From Trichosphaerium sp. ATCC 40318 (Eukaryota; Protista; Tubulinea), in the NCBI GenBank assembly GCA_038496445.1, contig JALMLS010000013.1, positions 124,001-188,000 on the forward strand: DNA of 64,000 nt, read 5' to 3'. Both the position numbers and the translations under genes were made by a program. Within the stretch, counting starts at the first letter, position 1. Every line of letters begins with the position of its first letter. Of the stretch, positions 24,734 to 35,598 are shown in pieces. Under the pieces are notes generated by a model, which worked only from the letters and a program-made list of their open reading frames with translations, did not search any database and was not told the DNA's origin.

Positions 24734-25332
24734 TTAGAAGATGTAAGGCATAAAAGCTTGTTCCTGTTGTTGCTTCTCATCTACATGTATCTTATCTACT
24801 AAGAAAGCAAGCTCAGTATCATACTCTGCACCTTGAGGACTAAAAAGGAGGATCAGATTGCCAAGTTTGATAAAAAGAAAATAAATTACGATAATTCTCA
24901 TAAACCGACACTAATTTTTCATTAACAAACTGTACAACGCGTTTTTCAACGCTTGTATTGAAGCTCAAGCACTTAAAAGATGACAACAACGTAAATTCTA
25001 CTTTGGTGACGATATTTTTTGTATTCTTACCTCATTTCAGGTGCGTGGGCGTTGAATGTTCCTTCTAGTTGGTTATAAGGGTTGTAATGGTTCGAAAGCG
25101 GTTGTATTTGTGTAACTGGATTTGTAGGCCTAATAGACGGTTATTTAAAAACAATGGAGACGTAGTACGTCGTTTGGCGCGCATTTGACTGAGCGCTGTA
25201 TTGATTTGGTTGTGTAGGTACACTTTGTTGTGCAGGTTGTTGTGCGTGTAGATTAGGGTTAATCCGTAACTGCTGTTGAATCTTGCGAAGCAATTCTTGC
25301 TCCTCGATTTCTGCTTTACTCCTAGCCGCCAT
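24734..25332 (-). CDS. Small Q/N-rich hypothetical protein, 3 probable exons
   Basis: MAARSKAEIEEQELLRKIQQQL... with GT-AG introns; the last exon reads ...EQAFMPYIF*. Confidence 0.4.
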
Positions 25333-25443
25333 ACCTTAGTTATATTATACCTATCGCGAATAGGGTAGTTGGTGTAGTAACGGAATTGAATAATAAAGGC
25401 AAGAAGCGTAGTAACTTAACGACTACGTTTTTTAAACAACCGA

Positions 25444-27590
25444 ATGTCCATACCGTCATGTCGTTTAGATGAAGTAGAGAAATGGTGGCTTGTACGTAGT
25501 TGCCTGATTGTTACTTTTTTTCCATAAACTGTGACTTCTGCAAATACAGTCGCGATGGTAACCAAAACGCTCTGTGTAGCTTTTGATTGCGTTTTTAATT
25601 ATTTTGCGCGCTTTTTTGGACTTTCCAAGTTGTACAAAAGTTGTAGGATCTCTCAAAGCCACTACACGCTCCTGTTTAATTAATTCACGTTATTTCTTTA
25701 CCGTTTGCTTATTTTTGAATACAGCTATCCCAAAAAAATTATTTCGAACGCCACACGGTTACTACGATGATATATTGAACCAAAGGAAGCGGTTTAATAC
25801 CATTGGACAAGATTTAAATATAAAACACCTTGATCAATGGTATGATGCATCTACAAAGGACATAGTAGCAGCAGGAGGGCGAAAAATATTAGATAGGTAA
25901 GAAACTATTGCTGTTGGAAATAGCTACGTCTGAATTTTCAAATCGTTTTGCAAAAATCTGCCTTGTGTCATCACCAATGCTTACAAAGACTCAGATATAA
26001 CGACTCTATATCATTGACAGTATCGAGTATATATAATGGGCGCTCTTGGTTAGCCTATCGCTTCAGGTAAGCGAAAACAGCATTTTTCAAATTAATGTTT
26101 TTTTTCAGAACTGTACCACGACGTTTTTGGGATGTTGTGACAAACCAAAGGCAAAAATTTGACTCTATTGGAGAAATTCTACATGTACATACGTTAAGCG
26201 AATGGCATCATGTAACAGCAGATCAAGCAAGTGCTTTAGGAGCACGTAGAATACTAGATAAGTGCGTACTATTTTTGACACATTTCACTTTTTCTTTTTA
26301 CAGATTTCTTTCTCTACAAACAAGTCTGACACTTTTCATTCAAGGTATGGCGGTACCTTACAAAGTACTATACAGAATATTTACCCAGAAATACAAAAGC
26401 AGCCTTGGACTTTTAGGTAAACATTGAAACTTATGAAATTTCTTGTTAATTTGTATTTTGTTTATCAGAGTACCACAAGCGTATTGGCTTAATTTTGATA
26501 ACCAGCAAGCGAAATTTCAACAAGTTGCTGAGGCACTTGGCGTTAAAACTTATTCTCAATGGTATAACATTGATAGTGAGTCTATAGAGCGTGCTGGAGG
26601 ACGTCCAGTGCTTGATAGGTAACCCTCTTTTTTATCAAATTTAGAGTTGTTATTCAGAGCTATCATTATCTAATACTCAGATATAGGTATAATAGATCTG
26701 TTTCTCAGATGGTTGAGGCGTTGTATCCAGATTATGATTGGGTATCATGGCGATTCAAGTACGCTTAAGCCCATTTAAGTCAGGCTTTAGCAAATCTACA
26801 ATCTTTTTTTTTACTGCGGCTTTCATGTTGACTCTTGGTAAAAAGCAGCATAGCTATTTATCTTCTTTTTATGTATTTAACTGGTGCTTTTTTAGGCGTG
26901 TACCTGTTCGTCATTGGGATAAAGTAGAAAATCAAAAACGTCGTATTGATTTTATTGGTAAATTATTGAATGTCAAGACACTTGATCAATGGTATAATAT
27001 TACAACAGATACACTGATACGTTTTGGTGCTCGTAGCATAATAGACAGGTATAATCCTTTTCATATATCTACTCTTTATTGGTTTAAAACGCTGTTTCAT
27101 TTGACAGTGGTTTTCACTGTTTTCTTCTTTTTGTTGAACTTATTGATGTCTTAGATACAATAAGTCTATAACCCGTACTATGAAGACTATATACCCTAGT
27201 TACTCTTGGCAGTTTGGGTACGTTGTTTTCATAAAATATTTGTTTTTTGACGCCCTTTGTGAGCTCACCCTCTGATTTTGTTCTTAAAGATGGACTTCGA
27301 AAGCGATTGTTACTTTCTTAAAAACAGCAGAAGAAAGCCTTCTCATTGACAAACCAGAATTATGGTGTCGTGTCTCAATGTGGCAAGTGCGTAAACTAGG
27401 TGGAGGAGGATTGATTGACAAATTTCCAATGGCATTGAGTGCCTTATATCCAAATCATCCATGGAGAAAACTTTTAACCGCTGCAGCCAAAAAGTCAGAA
27501 CAAAGGTGACAATAATCAATCATCACCACTTTGCTATTTGTTTACCTTCTTAACAGGTGGTTACTTGAGTCAACAAAGTCACTATTCTAG
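25444..27590 (+). CDS. Protein of about 75-aa tandem repeats (P..(Y/F)W....NQ...F..I...L......WY....GG..ILDRY......YP...W..W.F), multi-exon
   Basis: Four full repeats plus a degenerate fifth, with introns at the same two positions in each repeat. Gene ends are approximate. Confidence 0.7.
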
Positions 27591-28329
27591 AGCGAGAACC
27601 TTTAAGGGGAGAATGTAATATAGGAAGAGATTAAGCGTTGTCATGTCGATACTCCGAGCTCTTCACTAATAAAATAGATCAATGCCATATTGTATTGTTT
27701 ATGTGAAGGCTAAGAAATAAACTGGTTTGTAAATAACTACTGTTCACGTAACTGATGGGTTTTGTACAACAAACGTGCTTGTATATAAGCTAAACAGAGT
27801 TAACTTGTGACTCAAAATTTAGAGCTCTCATGAATACATATTCAGAAAAAGTAGTGCTGCCTTAGCACTCTTGGCTTAACATTGCGCGTGTCGTTTACCC
27901 AATCAATTTACATACAATGGAAGAAACAGCAACACCTTATGAGAACAAAGAAGAAAGCAAGAAAAGAGCAGTAGTTATACGACTCTATTTCAGTACGTGT
28001 ACTAGAAAAATGTATTTTGCCGTTTACGAATGTTTGGCACGTGATATTACGCAAAATTGTTTATTTGTTTATTTGACATTCACAAAAATAGCATTCATGT
28101 GTCTGTAATATCTTTTGAGATTCATTTTCACAAACCATTCGATTTCCATGGAAGCAAGCCTTCATCACGTTAAAACTAACAAACTTGTTTTCAACTTACT
28201 TTTACACGTTAGGCTATAATCTACGCAAACATTGCAGGACAAACTTATACCTACGTGTATCTTCTGCCACAGAGCCATACCTCACAGAACTACAAGAGCT
28301 TTTCCGTGAAGCTGCAAGAACGTATGCAG

Positions 28330-28348
28330 ATATCCTACCTCTTGTAAC
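28330..28348 (+). repeat. Left target-site duplication ATATCCTACCTCTTGTAAC
   Basis: An identical 19-mer occurs at 32933-32951; this copy abuts the poly-T. Confidence 0.95.
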
Positions 28349-28618
28349 TTTTTTTTTTTTTTTTTAGAATAAGAGGCAGCGCGCTAGCGCCTACTTTATT
28401 ACATAGGTTGTGTTACATTGTTACGGTTTACAAGATAGAAAAAATAAAAAACCAAATTTATTTTTGCAATAGGATCCTTCTCATCAGTATAGTTTTGTAT
28501 CACATAAATAAAATGATTAGAACTGAATTGTAATTAATTGAGTTAAAGGGAAAAAGGGGGGTTTGGGGGGCGGAGCCCACCATGAAGGGGGTTGGGGGGA
28601 AGTAAAAACATAACCTTC

Positions 28619-28720
28619 GAGGGCCTATAGGGATAAATTAGTTTGAGGGCCTATAGGGGTAAAATAGTTCGAGGGCCTATAGGGTATAAATGAGTTTGAG
28701 GGCCTATAGGGTATAAATGA
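28619..28720. repeat. 4 tandem 26-27-bp repeats with core GAGGGCCTATAGGG in the retroelement 3' UTR
   Basis: Cores start at 28619, 28645, 28671 and 28698. Confidence 0.9.
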
Positions 28721-28879
28721 GTAAATGAGTAAAAACCCTTCGAGGGAAGTCCCCCCAAGTAAAAAGAGTATCTATTAAATTAGGCTACCACACACTAAGC
28801 TGTGGTAACTAGGTATAGGGAGCGCAATCGGCTCCAAATTTGCAACGCAAATTAGGAGGGTACGCGACCCTTGGTTGTA

Positions 28880-31800
28880 TTAATTATATATTGAACCTAT
28901 TCTATGGACGGGTTTGGAAACTCTTCGATCATTAGTAGGTGTTAAAAATTGACTTAATACAATTGTACCATCTGGCAGTATATCATCTACTCCGCTACCA
29001 ATCGCAAAAGCTGGTGTATTTAACTGTAATCTTCTAAGACTTTTCTGTTCTTTGATAACCTCTGAGTAATCCATTTGAACATGACATTTGCTTCTATTTG
29101 TATTCCATCTGTTTGTCTCTTCGTTCTTGTAAATCCAATCAACATCCTTTATAGTTCCATTATATTTTGCTATGATCATCCAATATATAAATTTATATCT
29201 AATTTGTTGACCTGCTAACCACTTACCTACCGGGACACCATGTTTTATATCATTTCTAATTATCCACGTGATTGCTAAAATAATGCCTATTTCCAAAAGG
29301 TGATGTACTGACTTACAATTCTGTAGTGATTCTTTAAGTGATATATCCGGTGAGCAAAATGTCAATAGATCATATATAACCTCCATTATCTTGCTAGGTA
29401 TCGACCAGTCATAAAATATTTCTTCGTGCTTCTCAGGAGGGAACGCATCTTTTTTATGTGTAACGGGAAGACATCTCATAATAAATCTCCACACAACATC
29501 TCTAATATAACTAACTCCTTTGAATTTGCTTAACAACTTGAGAATTGTAGAGTTAAAAATGAAATTTTTCCTGAAGTGAGGTTTTAAACGCGGAATGATA
29601 TTTTTTCTAAATATATTTGTAAAAAATTTTACTTTTCTAAATTTTTTTTCTGGTTTTACATTAAAAGATTCAAAAGAATTTCTACATAAGGAGCTTAGCT
29701 GAGAGCCATCTTTCCATGCTTGTGAATATATTGTATCTGTCGCCAAGTGTCGTTCCCATAAAGATGCTTTGAAGGCATTGCTTATTTGAGCAATCGAACT
29801 TAAAGAAAAACCTCCTTTTGAAAACGAAAGTGATAACTGCGACCAAGAAACACGGGAATACAATTTTTCCTTATCTAAAACACGTGATACATCCCAGAGA
29901 AACCAATTGCACACGTTGATGAGTTTGGCGGTTGCACTAGGAGGAATTGAAAGAGGTTTGGTAAAATATATTAGTTGTGATTGAGCATAAGACTTAAAAA
30001 TATTAATTTTTTGGCGAATTGTTTTACACAGTGGTTTCCACTTTACTAATTGTACTGTTATTTTCTCTATTGCTTTGTCCCAATCAAAATTTAGGCCATC
30101 ATCACTCAAGTTAAAGCCAAGATACCTGATACTAGTACCTGTATCGAAAACTTTACTATTATCGTCATTTAGACCTGAAATGTTTGCTTGGAAGCATTTC
30201 TTCTCATTGATCTGTAAACCCGTTGCCTTGTTATATCTATCTAGCCAATAATTCATTTCCTCTATATCTTCTATGGAACTAGCTAGTAAAAGAAGGTCAT
30301 CCGCAAAAAATAAATTTTTTAGCCAGTTTTCTATAGACATTTCTGCACCTTTGATATAAGCCTCGTGATTGATGATCCAATTAAGAGGTTCCACCATTAT
30401 AGCAAAGAAGTATGGACTAATAGGATTACCTTGGCCTGTACCTCTTTTAGTGCAGAAGGTCTCATCGCTGACTACATTGTTGATTCTAACCTGTACGTCT
30501 AATTTAAGAGCTTGAACGAGGAGGTTAGCAATTTTATCGGAGAATCCTACTTTTGTAAGGAAAAGTTTAAGAGCCACGTGACTACAAGAATCGAAGGCCT
30601 TTTTGAAATCATATGCAATCATTCTCAGCCACTTTGAGTGTTTTTTGTTGAACGCAATAGCTTCCAAAGCGGCTATGACGTTATCCACTATGTCTCTACC
30701 TGGTATGAAACCGTTCTGCGTTTTAAGAATAATCTTCGACATTAGAGGAGTTAAACGGTTATAAAATATCTTCATCAGTATTTTATAATCTACGTTAGTG
30801 AGAGTAATCGGACAGTAATTAGCCATAAGTTTTGGGTCACCTTTTTTAAAAATAGGAATTATCGTACCCTTACACAAAAATTGATCAACACAACCTTGTT
30901 GTATGAAGTTATTGAACAAATTTGTTAGTATAGGTGTAAAAGTGCTCTTCATTGCTTTGTAAACACACGCTGATAAACCATCTGGCCCAGGAGCTTTATT
31001 TGATGGCATGTTATCTATGACATCTTCCACTTCTGATTCTTCAATTTCAACGTTTAGTTTTTCTTCTAACTCTAGAAATGATTTAGGTTTCCATAATTTA
31101 CTTACTTGTTTGAGAACTTGTTCATCTATTTCCAGATCGCCATATAGATGTTTATAAAATCTGACACTGGTAGATAGAATTTCTTTTATATCTTTTGATG
31201 ACGTCTTATTCCATGTACATTCAAGCTCTTCTACAACACGAGCGGAATTTCTACCTTTTAGGATACGTGTTAATTGAGCTGATGGGACTTCGTTAAATTT
31301 GTCTTTATCGATCGAAGCGGCCACACATGTGAATTCTTTTTTTTCTTTGATGAGTTTATTGTATTCTAATAGGTCTTTCATAGTAGCTGTGTGTTTATTT
31401 GATAGAGTCGCTGCTAGCACATTGATTCGTGCGTTCTTTTTGAATAATAGATTGCGTTGATTTTTACTAAATCTAGTTATTAGTTCATTCTTATCACGTA
31501 CATAATCGCTTGGAGAAGGACCAAATGTTAAATCACACGTTTTAGTGGCTTTGTGTACTTCCTTGAAAAGAACTGGATTAATGCGAAAAGGACGAGGGAG
31601 TCGAGGACCGAATTCAAGAGAAGCAAGTAAAATCGAGTGATCAAGTTCAAAAATTGGCATGTCAAAAACTTTGAATGATTTTAGATTAGGAGATAACGTT
31701 TTAGAAATTAATAATAGATCTAATCTACCTCCTTTTTCATGTGTAGGCAGTACTTTGTGGAACTTTACCGCTGCATCAATAAATCCTAATTGTAGTAATA

Positions 31801-32221
31801 ATGCGTATGTTTTAAGTGCCTTTTTATTCTCTAGGCGTAGATTAAAATCACCTGTGATAATATCGCAATCAGCCACCGCTTGAAAGACTTTAAGCCAAAA
31901 ATCATTTGAGCTGTTAGATTTAGCATATATGGTTGCTATTTTTAATTTAACTCCATTGCATTCTATCTCTGCTACCAGAATTCGACCATCTACAGAATTA
32001 AGTAATATCGGTTGTTTACCTCTAACTGCAGTCAATGCTACTCCAGTGCCTCTCCCTTCATCTGTATGTACCGTTTTACGCCTATGATCTTGAAAGACAT
32101 TTGTTTCTGTAGCACAAAAAATATTGCACTTGAGATTGTATGCCAGTTCTCGTACCTTGTCAAAATTACTGAATCCCCTTATATTAGCTGTAGCGAGTTT
32201 GATACACTTATTTTTACTCAT
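28880..32221 (-). CDS. Retrotransposon ORF2: apurinic-like endonuclease + reverse transcriptase
   Basis: APE motifs ANIRG, ATET, TIYA, GDFN, RLD and LDH; RT motifs KAPGPDG, QNGFIPGR, DFKKAFD, QGNPISP, FFADD and YLG; 1113 aa. Confidence 0.95.
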   Translation of the reverse strand: MSKNKCIKLATANIRGFSNFDKVRELAYNLKCNIFCATETNVFQDHRRKTVHTDEGRGTGVALTAVRGKQPILLNSVDGRILVAEIECNGVKLKIATIYAKSNSSNDFWLKVFQAVADCDIITGDFNLRLENKKALKTYALLLQLGFIDAAVKFHKVLPTHEKGGRLDLLLISKTLSPNLKSFKVFDMPIFELDHSILLASLEFGPRLPRPFRINPVLFKEVHKATKTCDLTFGPSPSDYVRDKNELITRFSKNQRNLLFKKNARINVLAATLSNKHTATMKDLLEYNKLIKEKKEFTCVAASIDKDKFNEVPSAQLTRILKGRNSARVVEELECTWNKTSSKDIKEILSTSVRFYKHLYGDLEIDEQVLKQVSKLWKPKSFLELEEKLNVEIEESEVEDVIDNMPSNKAPGPDGLSACVYKAMKSTFTPILTNLFNNFIQQGCVDQFLCKGTIIPIFKKGDPKLMANYCPITLTNVDYKILMKIFYNRLTPLMSKIILKTQNGFIPGRDIVDNVIAALEAIAFNKKHSKWLRMIAYDFKKAFDSCSHVALKLFLTKVGFSDKIANLLVQALKLDVQVRINNVVSDETFCTKRGTGQGNPISPYFFAIMVEPLNWIINHEAYIKGAEMSIENWLKNLFFADDLLLLASSIEDIEEMNYWLDRYNKATGLQINEKKCFQANISGLNDDNSKVFDTGTSIRYLGFNLSDDGLNFDWDKAIEKITVQLVKWKPLCKTIRQKINIFKSYAQSQLIYFTKPLSIPPSATAKLINVCNWFLWDVSRVLDKEKLYSRVSWSQLSLSFSKGGFSLSSIAQISNAFKASLWERHLATDTIYSQAWKDGSQLSSLCRNSFESFNVKPEKKFRKVKFFTNIFRKNIIPRLKPHFRKNFIFNSTILKLLSKFKGVSYIRDVVWRFIMRCLPVTHKKDAFPPEKHEEIFYDWSIPSKIMEVIYDLLTFCSPDISLKESLQNCKSVHHLLEIGIILAITWIIRNDIKHGVPVGKWLAGQQIRYKFIYWMIIAKYNGTIKDVDWIYKNEETNRWNTNRSKCHVQMDYSEVIKEQKSLRRLQLNTPAFAIGSGVDDILPDGTIVLSQFLTPTNDRRVSKPVHRIGSIYN

Positions 32222-32224
32222 AAT

Positions 32225-32932
32225 TTACACATATCCCAGCCAACGCGAAAACAACAACACCGTACCTGCTAAAGAAGAGACAATCCTTGAGGAACGCCAA
32301 TTGGAAAAAATCTTAACACAAGCAATCACGTAAACTATAAACCTGTTTAACACGCAGAAAATGACATTAGACAAAGAGAAAAATTGTGGTATGAACCGGC
32401 AATAGGATATAGAAACATTCATGTAAAATGTACACGTGTAATTACAAGCTGTGGAAAATTCTAAAATTTTGGAGATTTCCCTGGATGCGAAATGCGTTAT
32501 GATAATAAAACACGAATTCAAATATGTTTTTTGTAAGTTCTTTTTTGGTTTGAAAAGTGTATAGGTATTGTTTATAGAGTCAGAAGCTGGTTGCGTGAAA
32601 AAATTAACCACTGTCCCTATCAAAGTTGCAGACATGATATTTATTCTGTAGTAGCACTCGTACATGTATACTACCCCAGTTTGAGGGTAAAATAAATTTG
32701 AATATCCAACGTCGTCTCGAATCTCGTTTGTATTGTTCTTTGTATTATATCTATGATGTATTATGATGTGTTTACGGCGTTCTAGGATGTGTTGACTATA
32801 AATTAATGTGTAGCTTGTAAAATTTAAAGTAGGCATAACCAGCACTACCGTTATTCTAACTAGCGTAACATAATAGTTAGAACGTAAAATAGTGAGGAGG
32901 TGATGCAATCCCCGCGCAGTTAAGGCGGGCTC
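32225..32932 (-). CDS. Probable C-terminal part of retrotransposon ORF1
   Basis: About 235 codons are open across the whole 5' part of the element, stopping 3 nt before the ORF2 ATG. The ORF-track start at 32953 lies outside the element. No domain was recognised. Confidence 0.5.
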   Translation of the reverse strand, partial: EPALTARGLHHLLTILRSNYYVTLVRITVVLVMPTLNFTSYTLIYSQHILERRKHIIIHHRYNTKNNTNEIRDDVGYSNLFYPQTGVVYMYECYYRINIMSATLIGTVVNFFTQPASDSINNTYTLFKPKKNLQKTYLNSCFIIITHFASREISKILEFSTACNYTCTFYMNVSISYCRFIPQFFSLSNVIFCVLNRFIVYVIACVKIFSNWRSSRIVSSLAGTVLLFSRWLGYV

Positions 32933-32951
32933 ATATCCTACCTCTTGTAAC
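32933..32951 (+). repeat. Right target-site duplication
   Basis: Identical to 28330-28348. Confidence 0.95.
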
Positions 32952-33597
32952 ATTCAAATGGAAATACAGTAAAAGAGCAGGCCATTACCGTTTTAAAGGT
33001 CTTTCTGTTGACGAAACACATTACGTTACACTGCCAACAATGGTCATGGAATTTTTCATAAATAAAGGATTTGATATTGTTGGCTGTTCTGAAGCATTAG
33101 CAAGTAGTGCTAGCGCTATTGATTACCCAAATGAGAGAACACACCGTACTGTAATAACATGTTAAAAAGTAAAATAACAATAAATTACTAAGATCTAGTT
33201 TCATGAATAAACTCGGATTATACTCACAACCTACAACTTTTCCATGCCTCATTTTTTGAGTCCGGGATGTAAGGAGGTAATTATAAGATTTTTGGCTTCA
33301 TAACACAAACTACATGCTCACAGTGATGAACAAAAATGGGATTATCGTTACTCTTTTTTTATCAGATGAAAAATCCTAAACATAGTTCAACACGTGACAG
33401 TTGGGTCGGTAACTCCGTAAGCAATATAATTAGATAGCAGTATTTCTTTAAATAATTAAATTAACAAACTATTACACTTATTTACACAGACACCGAAATC
33501 TTCTTCTTCAAAAAAAAGTTTCACTTCTTGAGGCCAACGTTTTTTGTTTCTCTATTTCTTTGGGGTTTTTTTTTTGAACTTTCTTCTTGCGAGACGA

Positions 33598-35500
33598 TTA
33601 TTTGTGTTTCTTTTTCTTGCTTTTATGCCTTTTGACTGATTGTGGTTTAGGTTCAGATACTGATTCTTTAGGTTGCCTAAAAGGAGCTGCACTATCAGCT
33701 GTAACTTCAGCACCTGCTCTTCTCCCTGAAGCGAAAGAAACCGTGTTTGGTCCAGAACTAGGGCCAATGTTGAATCTACTTTTTCCATTCAAGTCATCTC
33801 TACTTTTACTTCGTTTTCTATCAGGTCTTTTCTCTGACTGTCTTCTTGAACTTGCTCTCCTTTTTTAGGAAAAAGAAATAAGTAATCGTTACAAAAACGC
33901 GTTGAAAATAAACACTTGTGGAATACAACAAGAAAAAAGCTCTTTTTTACAGTTTACACTATTGAGCTATTGCGATGGCTGTTGGTTTCAATTAATTGTA
34001 TATCCTGTACTAATCATGCAAAGATAGGAAATAATTGAACAAACACGTGACAGGTCAAGACCAAGGTGAAGAAAAGGATTTTTGTTGATTTTGTACCTAT
34101 TGGCTTTTTTACGCTCATGGTCAACACGACGCCTTTCTGTGTGTCTTCTATGTCGCTTCAAAGGCGATGGTACACGATCCATAACTTTTTGTTTTGTTTT
34201 TACAGGTACTGGCGTAGTATCAGGAGTAGGTGTAGTAGAAGCTTCCTTCGGACTATAAAAAAAAATTAACGAGAAAAAAATTCACTAAGTTTTGGGGTTT
34301 TTTGAGATCGATTGGACGCACGTTGTCGTGCCATTTGCTGTCCCGTTTGTCGTTCCATTTTGTTTTGTTTCACCACCTACAAATTTATTTTCCCAGTTTT
34401 GTACATTAGTTGGTATTACTTTATTTGTAGTTGGTTCTTCAGCGACCTAAGACGAAAACAAGTCAAACAATTACTGTTTTGGGTTGCGCCTTTAATTTTT
34501 TTTTTTTTGGTTTTTTTCAAGAACAACGCGTTTACCTCGCTTGTTACTTCGAATTGTGGCCACACACCCTTTATTAGATCTTTTGCTCTAAAGTAAATTA
34601 AGATCAATAACATTTTGAATGGGAAATGAGATACAAAAAAAATCACGTGAAAAAAAAATCAAGCGAAAAAAAACCATTCATAGCGTGCTTAGTTAATAAA
34701 AAACCGCACGTGATTAACACTTTATATTGATAAAAGTGGCTTTACGAAGACGGTTGTTTTGAAATTATCCGAAAACCGTGTTTATAAGGTACATGACAAA
34801 CAGCAACCACAGGGATGAAGATTTTTGGTTTTTCTGTAAAGAAACGTTTGGAAGCAAAGAAAAAATTAAATTAAAACTTTTTGTTAAAGATCAAACGTTT
34901 TATTTGCTAAATCACGTGCGACTTTATACGTACGTTGATGTCTCCATCTTATTAGGTAACTTTATAGTTACAAAACGAAAAGGTGTGCAGTTATGGCTTG
35001 GCGGAGTGACAGCGAAGCCTTGTATTGGCATTGCGCCTACTAGAGGTACAATAATTAATCTATGGAATAGAATCTTGTTCGCTTCGTCTGTGTGATAGGG
35101 AAGATTATAGAATTTAATACGTAATGTAGTCATACTGTGTGTGAAGCTACGGAGTATTTATCGCAATGGCGGAATGAATTTATGTTGACTTAGGAGCCGA
35201 AAATGTTAAAGAAAAAAATCTTGGTTTCCTTCAAATAATGGCGAACTAGGAACTGTATTTCCATCTCATCCAAGCAGGCGCCTAGTTAGCTAGCCACTTA
35301 ACAGTTCAATCCTTATACTCAATGTTCATTGTCAGGTGAAATGATTCAAATAAACAAAAAGAGTTAGGTAGCATAGCGAAGTGGAGTGAACCCAATTTGG
35401 TCCATGTCATATATACATACTTTGAGTCTTCATAAGCCTAGCTAGTGCCTGGGAATTCCCTTCCTGGACTATTTGAATAGTCCTGGCACACGAGGGGATG
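33598..35500 (-). CDS. Hypothetical multi-exon protein with basic (K/R-rich) C-terminus; 5' end uncertain
   Basis: GT-AG-bounded exons AKDLIKGVWPQFEVTSE, PKEASTTPTPDTTPVPV and RRASSRRQSEKRPDRKRS...KKKKHK*. Confidence 0.4.
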
Positions 35501-35598
35501 GCGTACGAACTAAGTAAGAGCAAGCGAAAGTCTGCTTTTTTTTTCACATAAGTTTTTTTTAATTCTACAGGGTTTTGTTGTTTGGTTTTTTTCTTCTT

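Larger units (their letters stand above)
28349..32932 (-). mobile_element. Non-LTR retrotransposon (L1/Tx1/TRE-like), probably 5'-truncated, 4584 bp
   Basis: 17-nt poly-A tail (T17 at 28349-28365), 19-bp TSDs, an intact APE+RT ORF2 and an upstream open frame. Confidence 0.95.
27917..33165 (+). pseudogene. Host hypothetical gene disrupted by an antisense retrotransposon insertion
   Basis: Removing the element and one TSD restores an open frame ...EAARTYADILPLVT|FKWKYSKRAGHYRFKG...TMVMEFFINKGFDIVGCSE...TVITC*. The probable first exon is MEETATPYENKEESKKRAVVIRLYF. Confidence 0.7.

Noticed and set aside
28619-28720. CRISPR-like array
   Set aside because: The intervening sequences are only about 12 bp and similar to each other, there are no cas genes, and the repeats lie in a eukaryotic retroelement 3' UTR.
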